Shown piece after piece: positions 56,497 through 64,000 of a stretch of 64,000 bases of DNA (positions are counted from its first letter, which is position 1; each line of letters starts with the position of its first letter). The stretch covers positions 142,407 through 206,406 of the forward strand of contig DASUEU010000051.1 in assembly GCA_036274895.1 (NCBI GenBank), given 5' to 3'. Source of the DNA: Thermoanaerobaculia bacterium (lineage in GTDB: Bacteria; Acidobacteriota; Thermoanaerobaculia; Multivoradales; SZUA-115). Under the pieces are notes generated by a model. That model had not been told where the DNA came from and made no database searches. It saw only the letters and a list, made by a program, of their open reading frames with translations. The translations under genes and the position numbers were made by a program.

Positions 56497-57735
56497 TCAG
56501 CGCTTCGCGCTGAGCCCGTTGGAAGCCACCCGGGCGGCCCCGGCGAGCAGCGCAGCGCCGACCAGGATGGCCTCGTCGGCGGCATGAAAACGCGGCGAAT
56601 GGGCGGCGACCACCGGCCCACCGCGCTCGCGAGCGCCCACCCGGAAGAAGCACCCGGGAAGCTGCTCGAGATAGAAAGCGAAGTCTTCACCGCCCATGTT
56701 GACCAGCCCCAGGGGCACCACGGCCGCTGCTCCGAGCAGCGCCTCGGCCGCCGCCCGCGTCCAGCCGACGGCGACCCCCTCATTTCTCAATGGCGGCGTT
56801 TCGACCGTAAACCTCAGCTCCCATCTCAGCCGATGGGCAGCAGCCACATGCTCGGTGAGATGCCCGAGCTCTTCCCTGAGCAGGGCACGGGTGGCGGCAT
56901 CGGTCGCCCGTAGCGTTCCGCGTAGCAGCGCCCGGCCGGGGATCACGTTGTCAGCGCTGCCGGCCTGCAAGCTGGCCACGGTGAGCACGGCGGGGTGTCC
57001 GGGGGCCACCCTGCGCGGCGCCACGCTCTCGAGGGCGAGCACCAACTGCGCCGCTCCCAGGAGTGGGTCTCTGGCTTCGTGCGGCCGCGCCGCGTGAGCA
57101 CCCTCCCCCACCAGCTCGAGCTCGAAGGAGTCCACGGAGGCCGCCAGGGGACCCTCCTGCACCACCACCTGGCCGACCTCGAAGCGGCGGTCGACGTGCC
57201 CCCCGAAGATCGCCTGGACCCCTTCCAGGCGTCCGCTGGCGAGCACCGCCTTGGCGCCCAGGGCCAGCTCCTCGGCAGGCTGGAGCACCACCCAGACGTC
57301 CCCGGCCGGGGGATCGGCTGCGAGCAACGCCGCCGCCCCCACGGCCCAGGTTGCGTGCACGTCGTGGCCACAGGCGTGCATCACGCCCGGGTGCTCGGAG
57401 GCGTAGGGCAGGCCGGTCGCCTCCTCGATCGGCAGGGCATCGATGTCGCCACGGATGGCCACCCAGGGCGCCGAGGCATCGCGGCCGGCGATGCGGGCGA
57501 TGACCCCCGTGCCGGCCACCCGACCGAGCTCGGCGGGCCGCAGCAAGGCAAGCTCGGCCTCGAGGGCTCGAGCGGTCTGCTCCTCCTCGAGCGAGAGCTC
57601 CGGAAACCGGTGGAGCTGCCGGCGCAGGGCCAGCAGGCGCTCGATCAGGACCGGCGTAAAGCTCTCGCGCACCGCCCGCGGCAGATCGAGGTCGGCGGCG
57701 ACTCCCGGCCATGATCGCTCCGGATCCAGCTCCAT
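56497..57735 (-). CDS. M20D-family amidohydrolase (N-acyl-amino-acid amidohydrolase / hippurate-hydrolase-like)
   Basis: 412 aa, ATG 57735. LRRQLHRFPELSLEEEQT, GDIDALP, MHACGHDVH, LQPAEE, MGGEDFAFY. Confidence 0.85.
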   Translation of the reverse strand: MELDPERSWPGVAADLDLPRAVRESFTPVLIERLLALRRQLHRFPELSLEEEQTARALEAELALLRPAELGRVAGTGVIARIAGRDASAPWVAIRGDIDALPIEEATGLPYASEHPGVMHACGHDVHATWAVGAAALLAADPPAGDVWVVLQPAEELALGAKAVLASGRLEGVQAIFGGHVDRRFEVGQVVVQEGPLAASVDSFELELVGEGAHAARPHEARDPLLGAAQLVLALESVAPRRVAPGHPAVLTVASLQAGSADNVIPGRALLRGTLRATDAATRALLREELGHLTEHVAAAHRLRWELRFTVETPPLRNEGVAVGWTRAAAEALLGAAAVVPLGLVNMGGEDFAFYLEQLPGCFFRVGARERGGPVVAAHSPRFHAADEAILVGAALLAGAARVASNGLSAKR

Positions 57736-58026
57736 CAGTTCGGCCCCCTACGCTTTCCAGTCCACGGTTACGGGGGAGGAGGCTGGTGCTGTCCAGGCAC
57801 CCTGGCCGCCGGCCTGCGCCGGCGCCGGCGCCCCCCTTGTTCAAGGCTTCTTCCCCCACACCAGCTCGGCTTTGCGCCGACACGGGTCCTCCGGCTCGAT
57901 CAGCTCGGAGAGGTACGGTCTTGATTTTCCCATGCAGATGGAAAACTACCTATATGCCCGGCGCTCATAAGTCGTCCAGAAGCACCTGGAAACATCGAAA
58001 AATGTGGTTCTGGACCAGAGGGAGGG

Positions 58027-58059
58027 CCCCCCCAGGCGGTCCGGCGGACCGTCTGGGGG
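58027..58059 (-). terminator. Putative hairpin terminator downstream of htpG
   Basis: CCCCCAGGCGGTCCG-gc-GGACCGTCTGGGGG imperfect palindrome starting 23 nt 3' of the htpG stop. The nearest T-run on the minus strand is about 30 nt further on, so it is not a textbook intrinsic terminator. Confidence 0.35.
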
Positions 58060-58081
58060 TCAGGAACGGAGGGGGGTCGGG

Positions 58082-60022
58082 TCAGGCCGCTCGGGCCATC
58101 AGGTCAGCGACCAGCCGGTTGAAGCGGGCCGGATCGGGCAGCTCGGCGCCCTCAGCCAGCAGGCCGTAACCCAGGAGCAGCTCGGCGTAGTCGGCGATCA
58201 CCGGATCCTCCTGGTTCTGCTCGAAGCGCTCTTGCAGGCGGCTGAGAATCGGATGGTCCGGGTTGAGCTCCATAATCCGGCGCTGGGCCGGGCCGCCGCC
58301 CTTACCCTTCTGCAGCAGCCGCTCGAGCTGGGGGCTGTAGTCGTGCTCGGCGCCCACCAGGCAGACCGGCGAGGCGGTCAGCCGGTTGGTCAGCCGCACC
58401 TGCTTGACCCAGGTGTCGAGCCTCTTCTGCATCGCCTCGAGCAGGGTGTTGAAGCGCTCGGACTTCTCCTTGAGCTCCTCCTGCTTCTTCTCCCGCTCCT
58501 CGGCGCTGCCCAGCTCCACGGTGCCCTTGCCGGCGTCCTTGAAGCGCTTGCCCTCGTGCTCGGTCAAGGACTGCATCAGCAGCTCATCGACGGTGTCGAC
58601 CAGGTACAGCACCTCGTAGCCCTTCTCCCGGAAGGCCTCGAGGTGGGGCGAGCTCTCCACCTGGGAGCGAGACTCGCCGGAGAGGTAGAAGATCTCCTTC
58701 TGATCCTCCTTCATCCGGCCCACGTAGTCCTTGAGCGTGGTCAGCTTCTCGGGGTCGCTCGAGGACTGGAAGAGCAGTAGCTCGAGCAGGCGATCGCGGT
58801 TGTCGAAGTCCTCGGCGACCCCCTCCTTGACGGCGCGACCGAACTCCCCCCATAGCTCGAGGTACTTCTCCGGCTCTCCGGTCTGCAGCTCGCGGAAGGT
58901 CTCGAGCACCTTGCGGGTGAGCCAGCGGCGGATCTGGGTGATGTGGCGGTCCTGCTGGAGGGTCTCGCGGGAGATGTTCAGGGGCAGGTCCGGAGACTCC
59001 ACCACCCCCCTGATGAAGCGCAGGTAGCGCGGCATCAGCTCCTCGCAATGCTCCATGATCATGACCTTCTTGACGTAGAGCTGGAGGCCGGGGCGGGAGG
59101 CGACGTAGAAGAGGTCGTAGGGCGCCTTGGCGGGCACGAACAGCAGGGCCTGGTACTCCACCCGCCCCTCGGCCTTGAACCACATCGACTTGAGGGGCTC
59201 GTTCCAGTCGTGGGAGACGTGCTTGTAGAACTGGTGCAGCTCGGTCTCGGAGACCTCGGACTGGGCCCGGGTCCAGATCGGCCGCATCGAGTTCATCACC
59301 TTGTCCTCGAGCACGGTCTCGCTCTCGCCGGCCTTCTCCTTGCCCTCCTCGTCGAGGATCGGCTTCTCCCGCCGCACTCTCACCTTGATCGGATAGGCCA
59401 CGAAGTCCGAGTAGCGTTTGATGATGCGGGAGAGCACCCACTCGTCGGTGAAGTCGTCGATGCCGTTGTCCTTGTCGACGTCCTTGAGGCGCAGGGTGAT
59501 CGAGGTGCCGGTGCGGTCCTTGTCGGCCTCCGCGAGGCTGTAGGTGCCGTCACCCGAAGAGCGCCAGAGAGTGGCTCCGCTTTCCCCCGCCCGGCGGGTG
59601 AGCAGAGTGACGTAATCAGCCACCATGAAGGCCGAGTAGAAGCCGACGCCGAACTGACCGATCAGCTCGGTGGCGTCCTTCTCGGTCGCCGACTCGCGGA
59701 TGCGCTGCATCAGCTCCTGGGTGCCCGACTTGGCGATGGTGCCGATGTTGTCGATGACCTCCTGCCGGCTCATGCCGATGCCGTTGTCGGAGAGGGTCAC
59801 GGTGCGCGCCTCGGGGTCGGCCTCGATGCGGATCTCGAGCTCGCCCACCTCTTCGAGCAGCTCGGGGCGGGTCAGCGCCTCGAAGCGCAGGCGATCCAGG
59901 GCATCGGAGGCGTTCGAGATCAGCTCGCGCAGAAAGATCTCTTTGTTGGTGTACAAGGAATGGATCATCAGGTCGAGCAGCTTGCGCGTCTCGGCCTGAA
60001 AGGCATGGGTTTCCACGGACAT
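58082..60022 (-). CDS. htpG: Molecular chaperone HtpG (Hsp90 family)
   Basis: 646 aa. MSVETHAFQAETRKLLDLMIHSLYTNKEIFLRELISNASDALDRLRFEALT, GQFGVGFYSAFMVAD; full-length GHKL N-domain, middle and C-terminal domains. Confidence 0.95.
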   Translation of the reverse strand: MSVETHAFQAETRKLLDLMIHSLYTNKEIFLRELISNASDALDRLRFEALTRPELLEEVGELEIRIEADPEARTVTLSDNGIGMSRQEVIDNIGTIAKSGTQELMQRIRESATEKDATELIGQFGVGFYSAFMVADYVTLLTRRAGESGATLWRSSGDGTYSLAEADKDRTGTSITLRLKDVDKDNGIDDFTDEWVLSRIIKRYSDFVAYPIKVRVRREKPILDEEGKEKAGESETVLEDKVMNSMRPIWTRAQSEVSETELHQFYKHVSHDWNEPLKSMWFKAEGRVEYQALLFVPAKAPYDLFYVASRPGLQLYVKKVMIMEHCEELMPRYLRFIRGVVESPDLPLNISRETLQQDRHITQIRRWLTRKVLETFRELQTGEPEKYLELWGEFGRAVKEGVAEDFDNRDRLLELLLFQSSSDPEKLTTLKDYVGRMKEDQKEIFYLSGESRSQVESSPHLEAFREKGYEVLYLVDTVDELLMQSLTEHEGKRFKDAGKGTVELGSAEEREKKQEELKEKSERFNTLLEAMQKRLDTWVKQVRLTNRLTASPVCLVGAEHDYSPQLERLLQKGKGGGPAQRRIMELNPDHPILSRLQERFEQNQEDPVIADYAELLLGYGLLAEGAELPDPARFNRLVADLMARAA

Positions 60023-60054
60023 GGGAGTCTCCTCGGGTTCTCTCGCGGGGGCGA

Positions 60055-60084
60055 ATTTTAGCGGTGGTCCCCCGGCTGGTTCAA
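60055..60084 (-). promoter_or_regulatory. Candidate sigma70-like promoter for htpG
   Basis: Minus strand: TTGAAC (60084-60079), 18-nt spacer, TAAAAT (60060-55). It lies about 30 nt upstream of ATG 60022, with GAGGAG in between. The CTTGAA at the -35 is also compatible with a heat-shock-type -35 element. Not tested. Confidence 0.4.
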
Positions 60085-60097
60085 GCCGAGGGACTCT

Positions 60098-62515
60098 TCA
60101 AGGCAAGGTCGCCGTCCAGCCCGAAGTGTCGCCGGACTCGAAGCCGTCGGCGAAGATCAGCTGTGGCGGGTTAAGCAGCACGGCCTTGAGCTCGACGTCG
60201 TCGAGGTGCCAGCCGTCTTCGACCACTGAGCCGTCCGAGGTGAGCCGGAAACGGACGCGGGCGTTGGCCTGGCCGTCCAGGGCCGGTACGGGCAGCTCGA
60301 CCAGCTGCCAGGTGGTCTGATTGACCTGGCTGTAGCTGGTCACCTGGGTCCAGGTCGAGCCGCCGTTGGTCGAGACCTCGACCCGGCCGAAGTCGAAGCC
60401 CGACTCGAGGTCGTAGATGTGGCGGAAAGACAGCACCGCCCCGGTCAGCCCGGAGAGGTCGAAGACCGGCGAGGTCAGCGAGGTGTTGACGTTGTTGCCG
60501 TACGGTCCGCCCGGGCTGTCGGTCCAGGAATGGCTGGGCGACGCCGAGGCTTCAGTGGTGATCGCCCAGGGAGCCTGGGCCGTCCAGCCCGCGTTGCCGG
60601 CCTCGACGCCATCGCTGAAGACCACGGTGTAGGGAGTGAGAGCCACGTTCTGGGTCAGGGTCTGGAGGTCGGTGAGGGTGATTCCCGGGATGACCTCGCT
60701 GGCGTAGCCGGGCGCCGAGACGGTCAGGCCATAGGTGCCGCTCGGCACCTGCATGCTGTAGAGCCCGGTGCCGCCGTCGGTGGTGGTCTGGAAGGGGCCG
60801 AGCTGCACCGTGGCCGCCAGGGGCTGGGTGGTGGTCACGTCCGTGACTTGACCTTCCAGCGTCGGGGCGGTGGCCGGATCAATGACGTAGAGAAAGGCGG
60901 CCGTCAGGGGCCCCCAGTTGGCGGCGGCATCCTGGCCGCGAACGTAGGCCAGGTACCTGCCCGCAGCGAAGCCGGTGGTATCGATGCCGCCGGTGACCGC
61001 TTCGACGTTCTCGTCGAAGGCGCCGTCGGAGGCGGTCATCGGGAGGGCCGTGGCGCCGGCCCCCCAGGGCGGCGTGGTGACGTAGATCTCGCCCGCGGCG
61101 ATGCTCTGGTTCGGCTCGGCCCCGGAGTAGCGGGTGTCGTCGAGCAGCGCCGAGAGCGTCGCCGTGGCGCCGATCGCCACCGCCGGCGGTGAGAAGACCA
61201 GGGAGCGGGCGTCCGGCCCGGCAGGCAGCTGGTAGGGGGCGCGGGCGGCCTTGACCGAGTAGAGCAGGGCCTGCAGGTTGCCCGGCGCCAGGGAGCTCTC
61301 GAAGTACGGACATTCTTCGAAGAACTCGGTGCCCATCTCGATGGTGTAGCCCGCCACGCCGAGCCGGCCGTAGGAGAAGTCCTTGGTCGAGCCGTCGACG
61401 CAGGAGAGGCTGCCAAGCATGGCGGTGTAGCCGGGGAAATAGCCGTACTTGCGGCCGAAGGTGAGCAGGGCCGTGCCATTCGGCGGCGCCGGGCCGGTGG
61501 TGCAGTTCGGCGGCGAGAAGCCGAAGGGCGAGAGCACCGCCGGCGAGAAGCTGTGCAGGTCGAGGTAGAGGCCCGTGGCATCGGCCGGCGCCGGAGTCAC
61601 CAAATCGTCCGGCCGCTGGTCGGGGAAGATCGACGTCATGTAACCCTGGAGGGCCTGGATCTCCGGCTCCGAGGCGGGAGAGGCGCCGCGGTAGGTCTCG
61701 CCGCAGCCGTTGCTGCTCGAGCCACCACGGTTGCCCCACTCGAAGTCGCAGTTCCGGTTGAGGTCCACCCCCCGACTGCTCGAGGTGGCACAGCTGGTGT
61801 TGGTGTTCTTGCGCCAGAGCACGCCGGTCTCGGCGATCTTCCGGCCGTCCGGGTTCAGGTGCAGGAGCAGGTGGACCTCCTGGTGATCGAGCAGCCAGGT
61901 GGCCTCCGGGTCGATGCCGTGGTTGGCCACCAGGAGCTCGGCGAAGCGGGTGGCCAGCTCGGCGGTGGTGTACTCCCGGGCGTGGATGGCCCCGGTGACC
62001 AGCAGCCTGGGCTTGGGCCCGGGGACTGCCGAGTTGGTCAGCTTGAGCACCCGGATGTCGTAGCCGGGGCCGGCGGTGTTGACCTTGTCCCAGGAGTCAC
62101 CGATGTCGGTCCAGGTGGCGAGGGTCGGGTGGTTGGTGACGATCGCCTCCGCGGCGGCGAAGGTCTCCTCCACCGTGCGATAGCAGGGAAAGCCCGGGAT
62201 GGTCTCGACCGCCTCGGCGGCAGCGACGATCGGCCGCTGGAGCCGCGCCGTGGCCTCCTCCTCGACCTCGACCCAGAAGCCCATGGCCGCCAGCCGGGCC
62301 AACCCCTCCTCGTCGACCACCACGCGCAGGAAGCCCTTCTCACGGTGGACCCCCAGGTGGTCCGCCCAGGCGGCCACCTCGCGGATCATCGCCTCGTCGC
62401 CGAACCAGGCGCGGACCATCCACGGCCCGTCCCCACCGGGGGGCACGGCACCCGCTGGAGTCACCAACGCCAGAGTGAGCGCCAGCCCGAGAAACACCAG
62501 CTTCTGCGTTTTCAT
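60098..62515 (-). CDS. Secreted M14-family zinc carboxypeptidase with C-terminal beta-sandwich domains
   Basis: 805 aa. Signal peptide MKTQKLVFLGLALTLALVTPAGA. M14 motifs TGAIHAREYTTAE, LHLNPDG, GVDLNRNCDFEWG. Long C-terminal extension ending in a jelly-roll-like segment (FGRVEVSTNGGSTWTQV...GWHLDDVEL). Confidence 0.8.
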   Translation of the reverse strand: MKTQKLVFLGLALTLALVTPAGAVPPGGDGPWMVRAWFGDEAMIREVAAWADHLGVHREKGFLRVVVDEEGLARLAAMGFWVEVEEEATARLQRPIVAAAEAVETIPGFPCYRTVEETFAAAEAIVTNHPTLATWTDIGDSWDKVNTAGPGYDIRVLKLTNSAVPGPKPRLLVTGAIHAREYTTAELATRFAELLVANHGIDPEATWLLDHQEVHLLLHLNPDGRKIAETGVLWRKNTNTSCATSSSRGVDLNRNCDFEWGNRGGSSSNGCGETYRGASPASEPEIQALQGYMTSIFPDQRPDDLVTPAPADATGLYLDLHSFSPAVLSPFGFSPPNCTTGPAPPNGTALLTFGRKYGYFPGYTAMLGSLSCVDGSTKDFSYGRLGVAGYTIEMGTEFFEECPYFESSLAPGNLQALLYSVKAARAPYQLPAGPDARSLVFSPPAVAIGATATLSALLDDTRYSGAEPNQSIAAGEIYVTTPPWGAGATALPMTASDGAFDENVEAVTGGIDTTGFAAGRYLAYVRGQDAAANWGPLTAAFLYVIDPATAPTLEGQVTDVTTTQPLAATVQLGPFQTTTDGGTGLYSMQVPSGTYGLTVSAPGYASEVIPGITLTDLQTLTQNVALTPYTVVFSDGVEAGNAGWTAQAPWAITTEASASPSHSWTDSPGGPYGNNVNTSLTSPVFDLSGLTGAVLSFRHIYDLESGFDFGRVEVSTNGGSTWTQVTSYSQVNQTTWQLVELPVPALDGQANARVRFRLTSDGSVVEDGWHLDDVELKAVLLNPPQLIFADGFESGDTSGWTATLP

Positions 62516-62556
62516 GGCGATCCATCTTAGCAGCGGCCATCCCCAGGGCGAGGGGG

Positions 62557-62585
62557 TTGCCAGCCATGCCGTAATCCCATATCAT
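62557..62585 (+). promoter_or_regulatory. Candidate sigma70-like promoter for the 62638 gene
   Basis: TTGCCA (62557-62562), 17-nt spacer, TATCAT (62580-62585), in the 122-nt divergent intergenic region. GAGGAG RBS at 62626-62631. Confidence 0.35.
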
Positions 62586-62637
62586 GGCCAAGTTCCAAGC
62601 CGCCCTGTAGGATTCATCCTTGCTCGAGGAGAATGCC

Positions 62638-63948
62638 ATGACGCGATCCAGTCGTGCCGCCGGTCTCTCGCTCACCCTCGCCCTGCTCGCCCTTCCCCTC
62701 ATCGCCCAACCCGGTCTCGTCGGCCCCACGCTGCGGGCCAACGTCAACGAGGCCCACAGCTCCAAGCGCCCGGCCACGGCCTACCTCACCAACGGCTCCT
62801 TCGTGGTGGTGTGGGAGAACGACCAGCTCGGGGTCTTCGCACGCCGCTTCGCGGCCGACGGCTCGGCCCTGGGTGGCGACGTGACGGTCGCCGGCAACGC
62901 CCGCCTGCCCAGCATCCCCGGCGCCGGCCCGGTGACCTACAACGCGGAGCCCGCAGTGGCGGCCCTGGCCGGCGGCGGCTTCCTCGCGGTCTGGGCCGAA
63001 GAGCGCTCCTTCCTGCGCGCCGTGCCCTTCCACGAGGAGCGGGAGGTGCTCTCCCGCAGCATCGTGGGCCAGCGCTACGACGCCGCCGGTAACGCCGTCG
63101 GCAACCGGATCAACGTCAGCACCTCCTCACAGGCCTTCCACGCCTTCCCCGCCATCGCCACCCACCCCTCCCGCGGCCTCGCCGTCGCCTGGCAGAGCGA
63201 CGATCGCCAGGACGGCGTCAGCCTGCGCGACGGGGTGTTCCTCCGCCGCCTCACCGCCGCGGGCGCTCCCACCGGCGCGCCAGAGCGGGTGAACGAGGCC
63301 AACGGCGCGACCGCCAGCCGGCCAGCCCTGGCCTTCAACCGCTCCGGACGCCTGCTGGTGGCCTGGGACGGTGAGGACGGCTCCGGTGCCGGCGTGGTCG
63401 CTCGTCTCTACCGCCCGGGCGGGGCCGCTGCCACCGGCGAGACCCTGATCAACCAGACCACCGCCAGCGTGCAGCGCCGGCCGGCCGTGGCCGCGGCCGG
63501 CAACGCCTTCCAGGTGGCCTGGCAGGGCCGCGCGGGCGACACGGTCTACGACGCCAAGATCTTCGGCCGCCAAGTGTCTGCGGCGGGCGTGCCGCGGGGC
63601 AGCGAGCGGGCCCTTTCCTCCGGCGAGCAGGGGGGCAACGGCCAGGTAGCCCCGGCTCTCGCCGTGCGCGGCGGCGGCTACCTGGTCACCTGGGTTGACT
63701 ACGACGTGAACTTCCCCATCGGCGTCTTCGCCCGTGAGCTCGACGCCAACGGCGTGCCCTCCTCGGCCGAGGTCGAGGTCAGCCAGGGCCCGGTGGGCGC
63801 CCAGGTCAAGACCGCCGTGGCCGGCGACGGCGCCGGCACCTTCGTGGTCGCCTTCGAGGGCTTCGTGGGTGACGAGCTGGGTGCAATGGCCCAGCGGCTG
63901 GTCACGGGTGCCCCGGCGGCCGAGGCAGGCGTCCTGGTCGCAGACTAG
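62638..63948 (+). CDS. Secreted protein built from seven ~55-aa repeats (beta-propeller-like), function unknown
   Basis: ATG 62638 (MTRSSRAAGLSLTLALLALPLIAQP signal peptide) is preferred over the TTG at 62620. There are seven repeats of the pattern P-x-[VL]-A-x3-5-G-x-[FL]-x-V-x-W ... G-[VI]-F-[AG]-R-x-[FYL]-x3-G-x3-G. Confidence 0.7.
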   Translation: MTRSSRAAGLSLTLALLALPLIAQPGLVGPTLRANVNEAHSSKRPATAYLTNGSFVVVWENDQLGVFARRFAADGSALGGDVTVAGNARLPSIPGAGPVTYNAEPAVAALAGGGFLAVWAEERSFLRAVPFHEEREVLSRSIVGQRYDAAGNAVGNRINVSTSSQAFHAFPAIATHPSRGLAVAWQSDDRQDGVSLRDGVFLRRLTAAGAPTGAPERVNEANGATASRPALAFNRSGRLLVAWDGEDGSGAGVVARLYRPGGAAATGETLINQTTASVQRRPAVAAAGNAFQVAWQGRAGDTVYDAKIFGRQVSAAGVPRGSERALSSGEQGGNGQVAPALAVRGGGYLVTWVDYDVNFPIGVFARELDANGVPSSAEVEVSQGPVGAQVKTAVAGDGAGTFVVAFEGFVGDELGAMAQRLVTGAPAAEAGVLVAD

Positions 63949-64000
63949 GCCGGTCCCATCCGGCCCGAGCCCACCGCTGGCTTGTTGCTTGCTGCGACGA

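Noticed and set aside
55000-56500. An intact IS630 insertion sequence with terminal inverted repeats and a TA target duplication.
   Set aside because: I could not find matching terminal inverted repeats by eye, and the transposase-like ORF appears shortened with the DDE positions substituted. It is therefore annotated as a transposase-like CDS rather than a mobile element.
56210-56653. ORFs in the lower-GC spacer (56210..56653 minus, 56248..56436 minus, 56058..56402 plus, 55974..56165 minus).
   Set aside because: None shows recognisable motifs. The 56210..56653 ORF overlaps the 3' end of the amidohydrolase gene out of frame. I treat the region as non-coding or regulatory, or as a degraded remnant.
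56497-57735. M20D amidohydrolase as a member of the biosynthetic cluster (for example prodrug deacylation).
   Set aside because: It is separated from the operon by the 420-bp lower-GC spacer and the IS630-like gene, and it belongs to a common housekeeping family. Membership is possible but not supported by the sequence alone.
57841-57933. Possible 30-aa minus-strand ORF (MGKSRPYLSELIEPEDPCRRKAELVWGKKP) in the spacer between htpG and the amidohydrolase gene.
   Set aside because: It has no convincing RBS and no family I recognise, and it is too short to judge from composition. It could be real but is unsupported.
63948-63965. Hairpin GGCCGG-tcccat-CCGGCC immediately after the stop of the 62638..63948 gene, as a terminator.
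   Set aside because: It has only a 6-bp stem and no clear U-tract, and the window ends 35 nt later. This is too weak to call.

Overview
High-GC (about 70%) bacterial window, coded almost entirely on the minus strand. The core (about 11700-56074) is a hybrid NRPS-PKS biosynthetic gene cluster. Three translationally coupled megasynthase genes (52430 down to 13262; 39.2 kb; 4779 + 4774 + 3502 aa) have the domain order Cs-A-T-C-A-T-C-A-T-KS-AT-KR-ACP | C-A-T-C-A-T-C-A-T-KS-AT-KR-ACP | C-A-T-C-A-T-C-A-T-TE. Upstream of them lie a degenerate IS630-like gene, a GNAT acyltransferase and a SyrD-type ABC exporter. Downstream lie an acyl-CoA ligase and an ADOP/MacB-type duplicated permease; that permease family suggests an Acidobacteriota host (inference). 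The predicted product is an N-acylated nonapeptide with two gamma-amino-beta-hydroxy (statine-type) units. The most unusual sequence-level signal is a set of REP/MITE-like palindromic DNA elements embedded in frame in the megasynthases. They sit at the same A-domain loop in seven modules, and one more sits in a T-C linker. Left of the cluster (1-9092) is a separate nine-gene minus-strand operon: ALDH, metal-ligand-less M24 hydrolase, DegT aminotransferase, split transketolase, two Asp/Glu-racemase-like paralogues, Fe-ADH and a second transketolase C-subunit. Its function is unassigned. Right of the cluster are an M20 amidohydrolase, htpG, a secreted M14 carboxypeptidase and, on the plus strand, a secreted 7-repeat protein. 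I found no rRNA, tRNA or CRISPR. The many long plus-strand ORFs in the track are antisense artefacts of high GC content.
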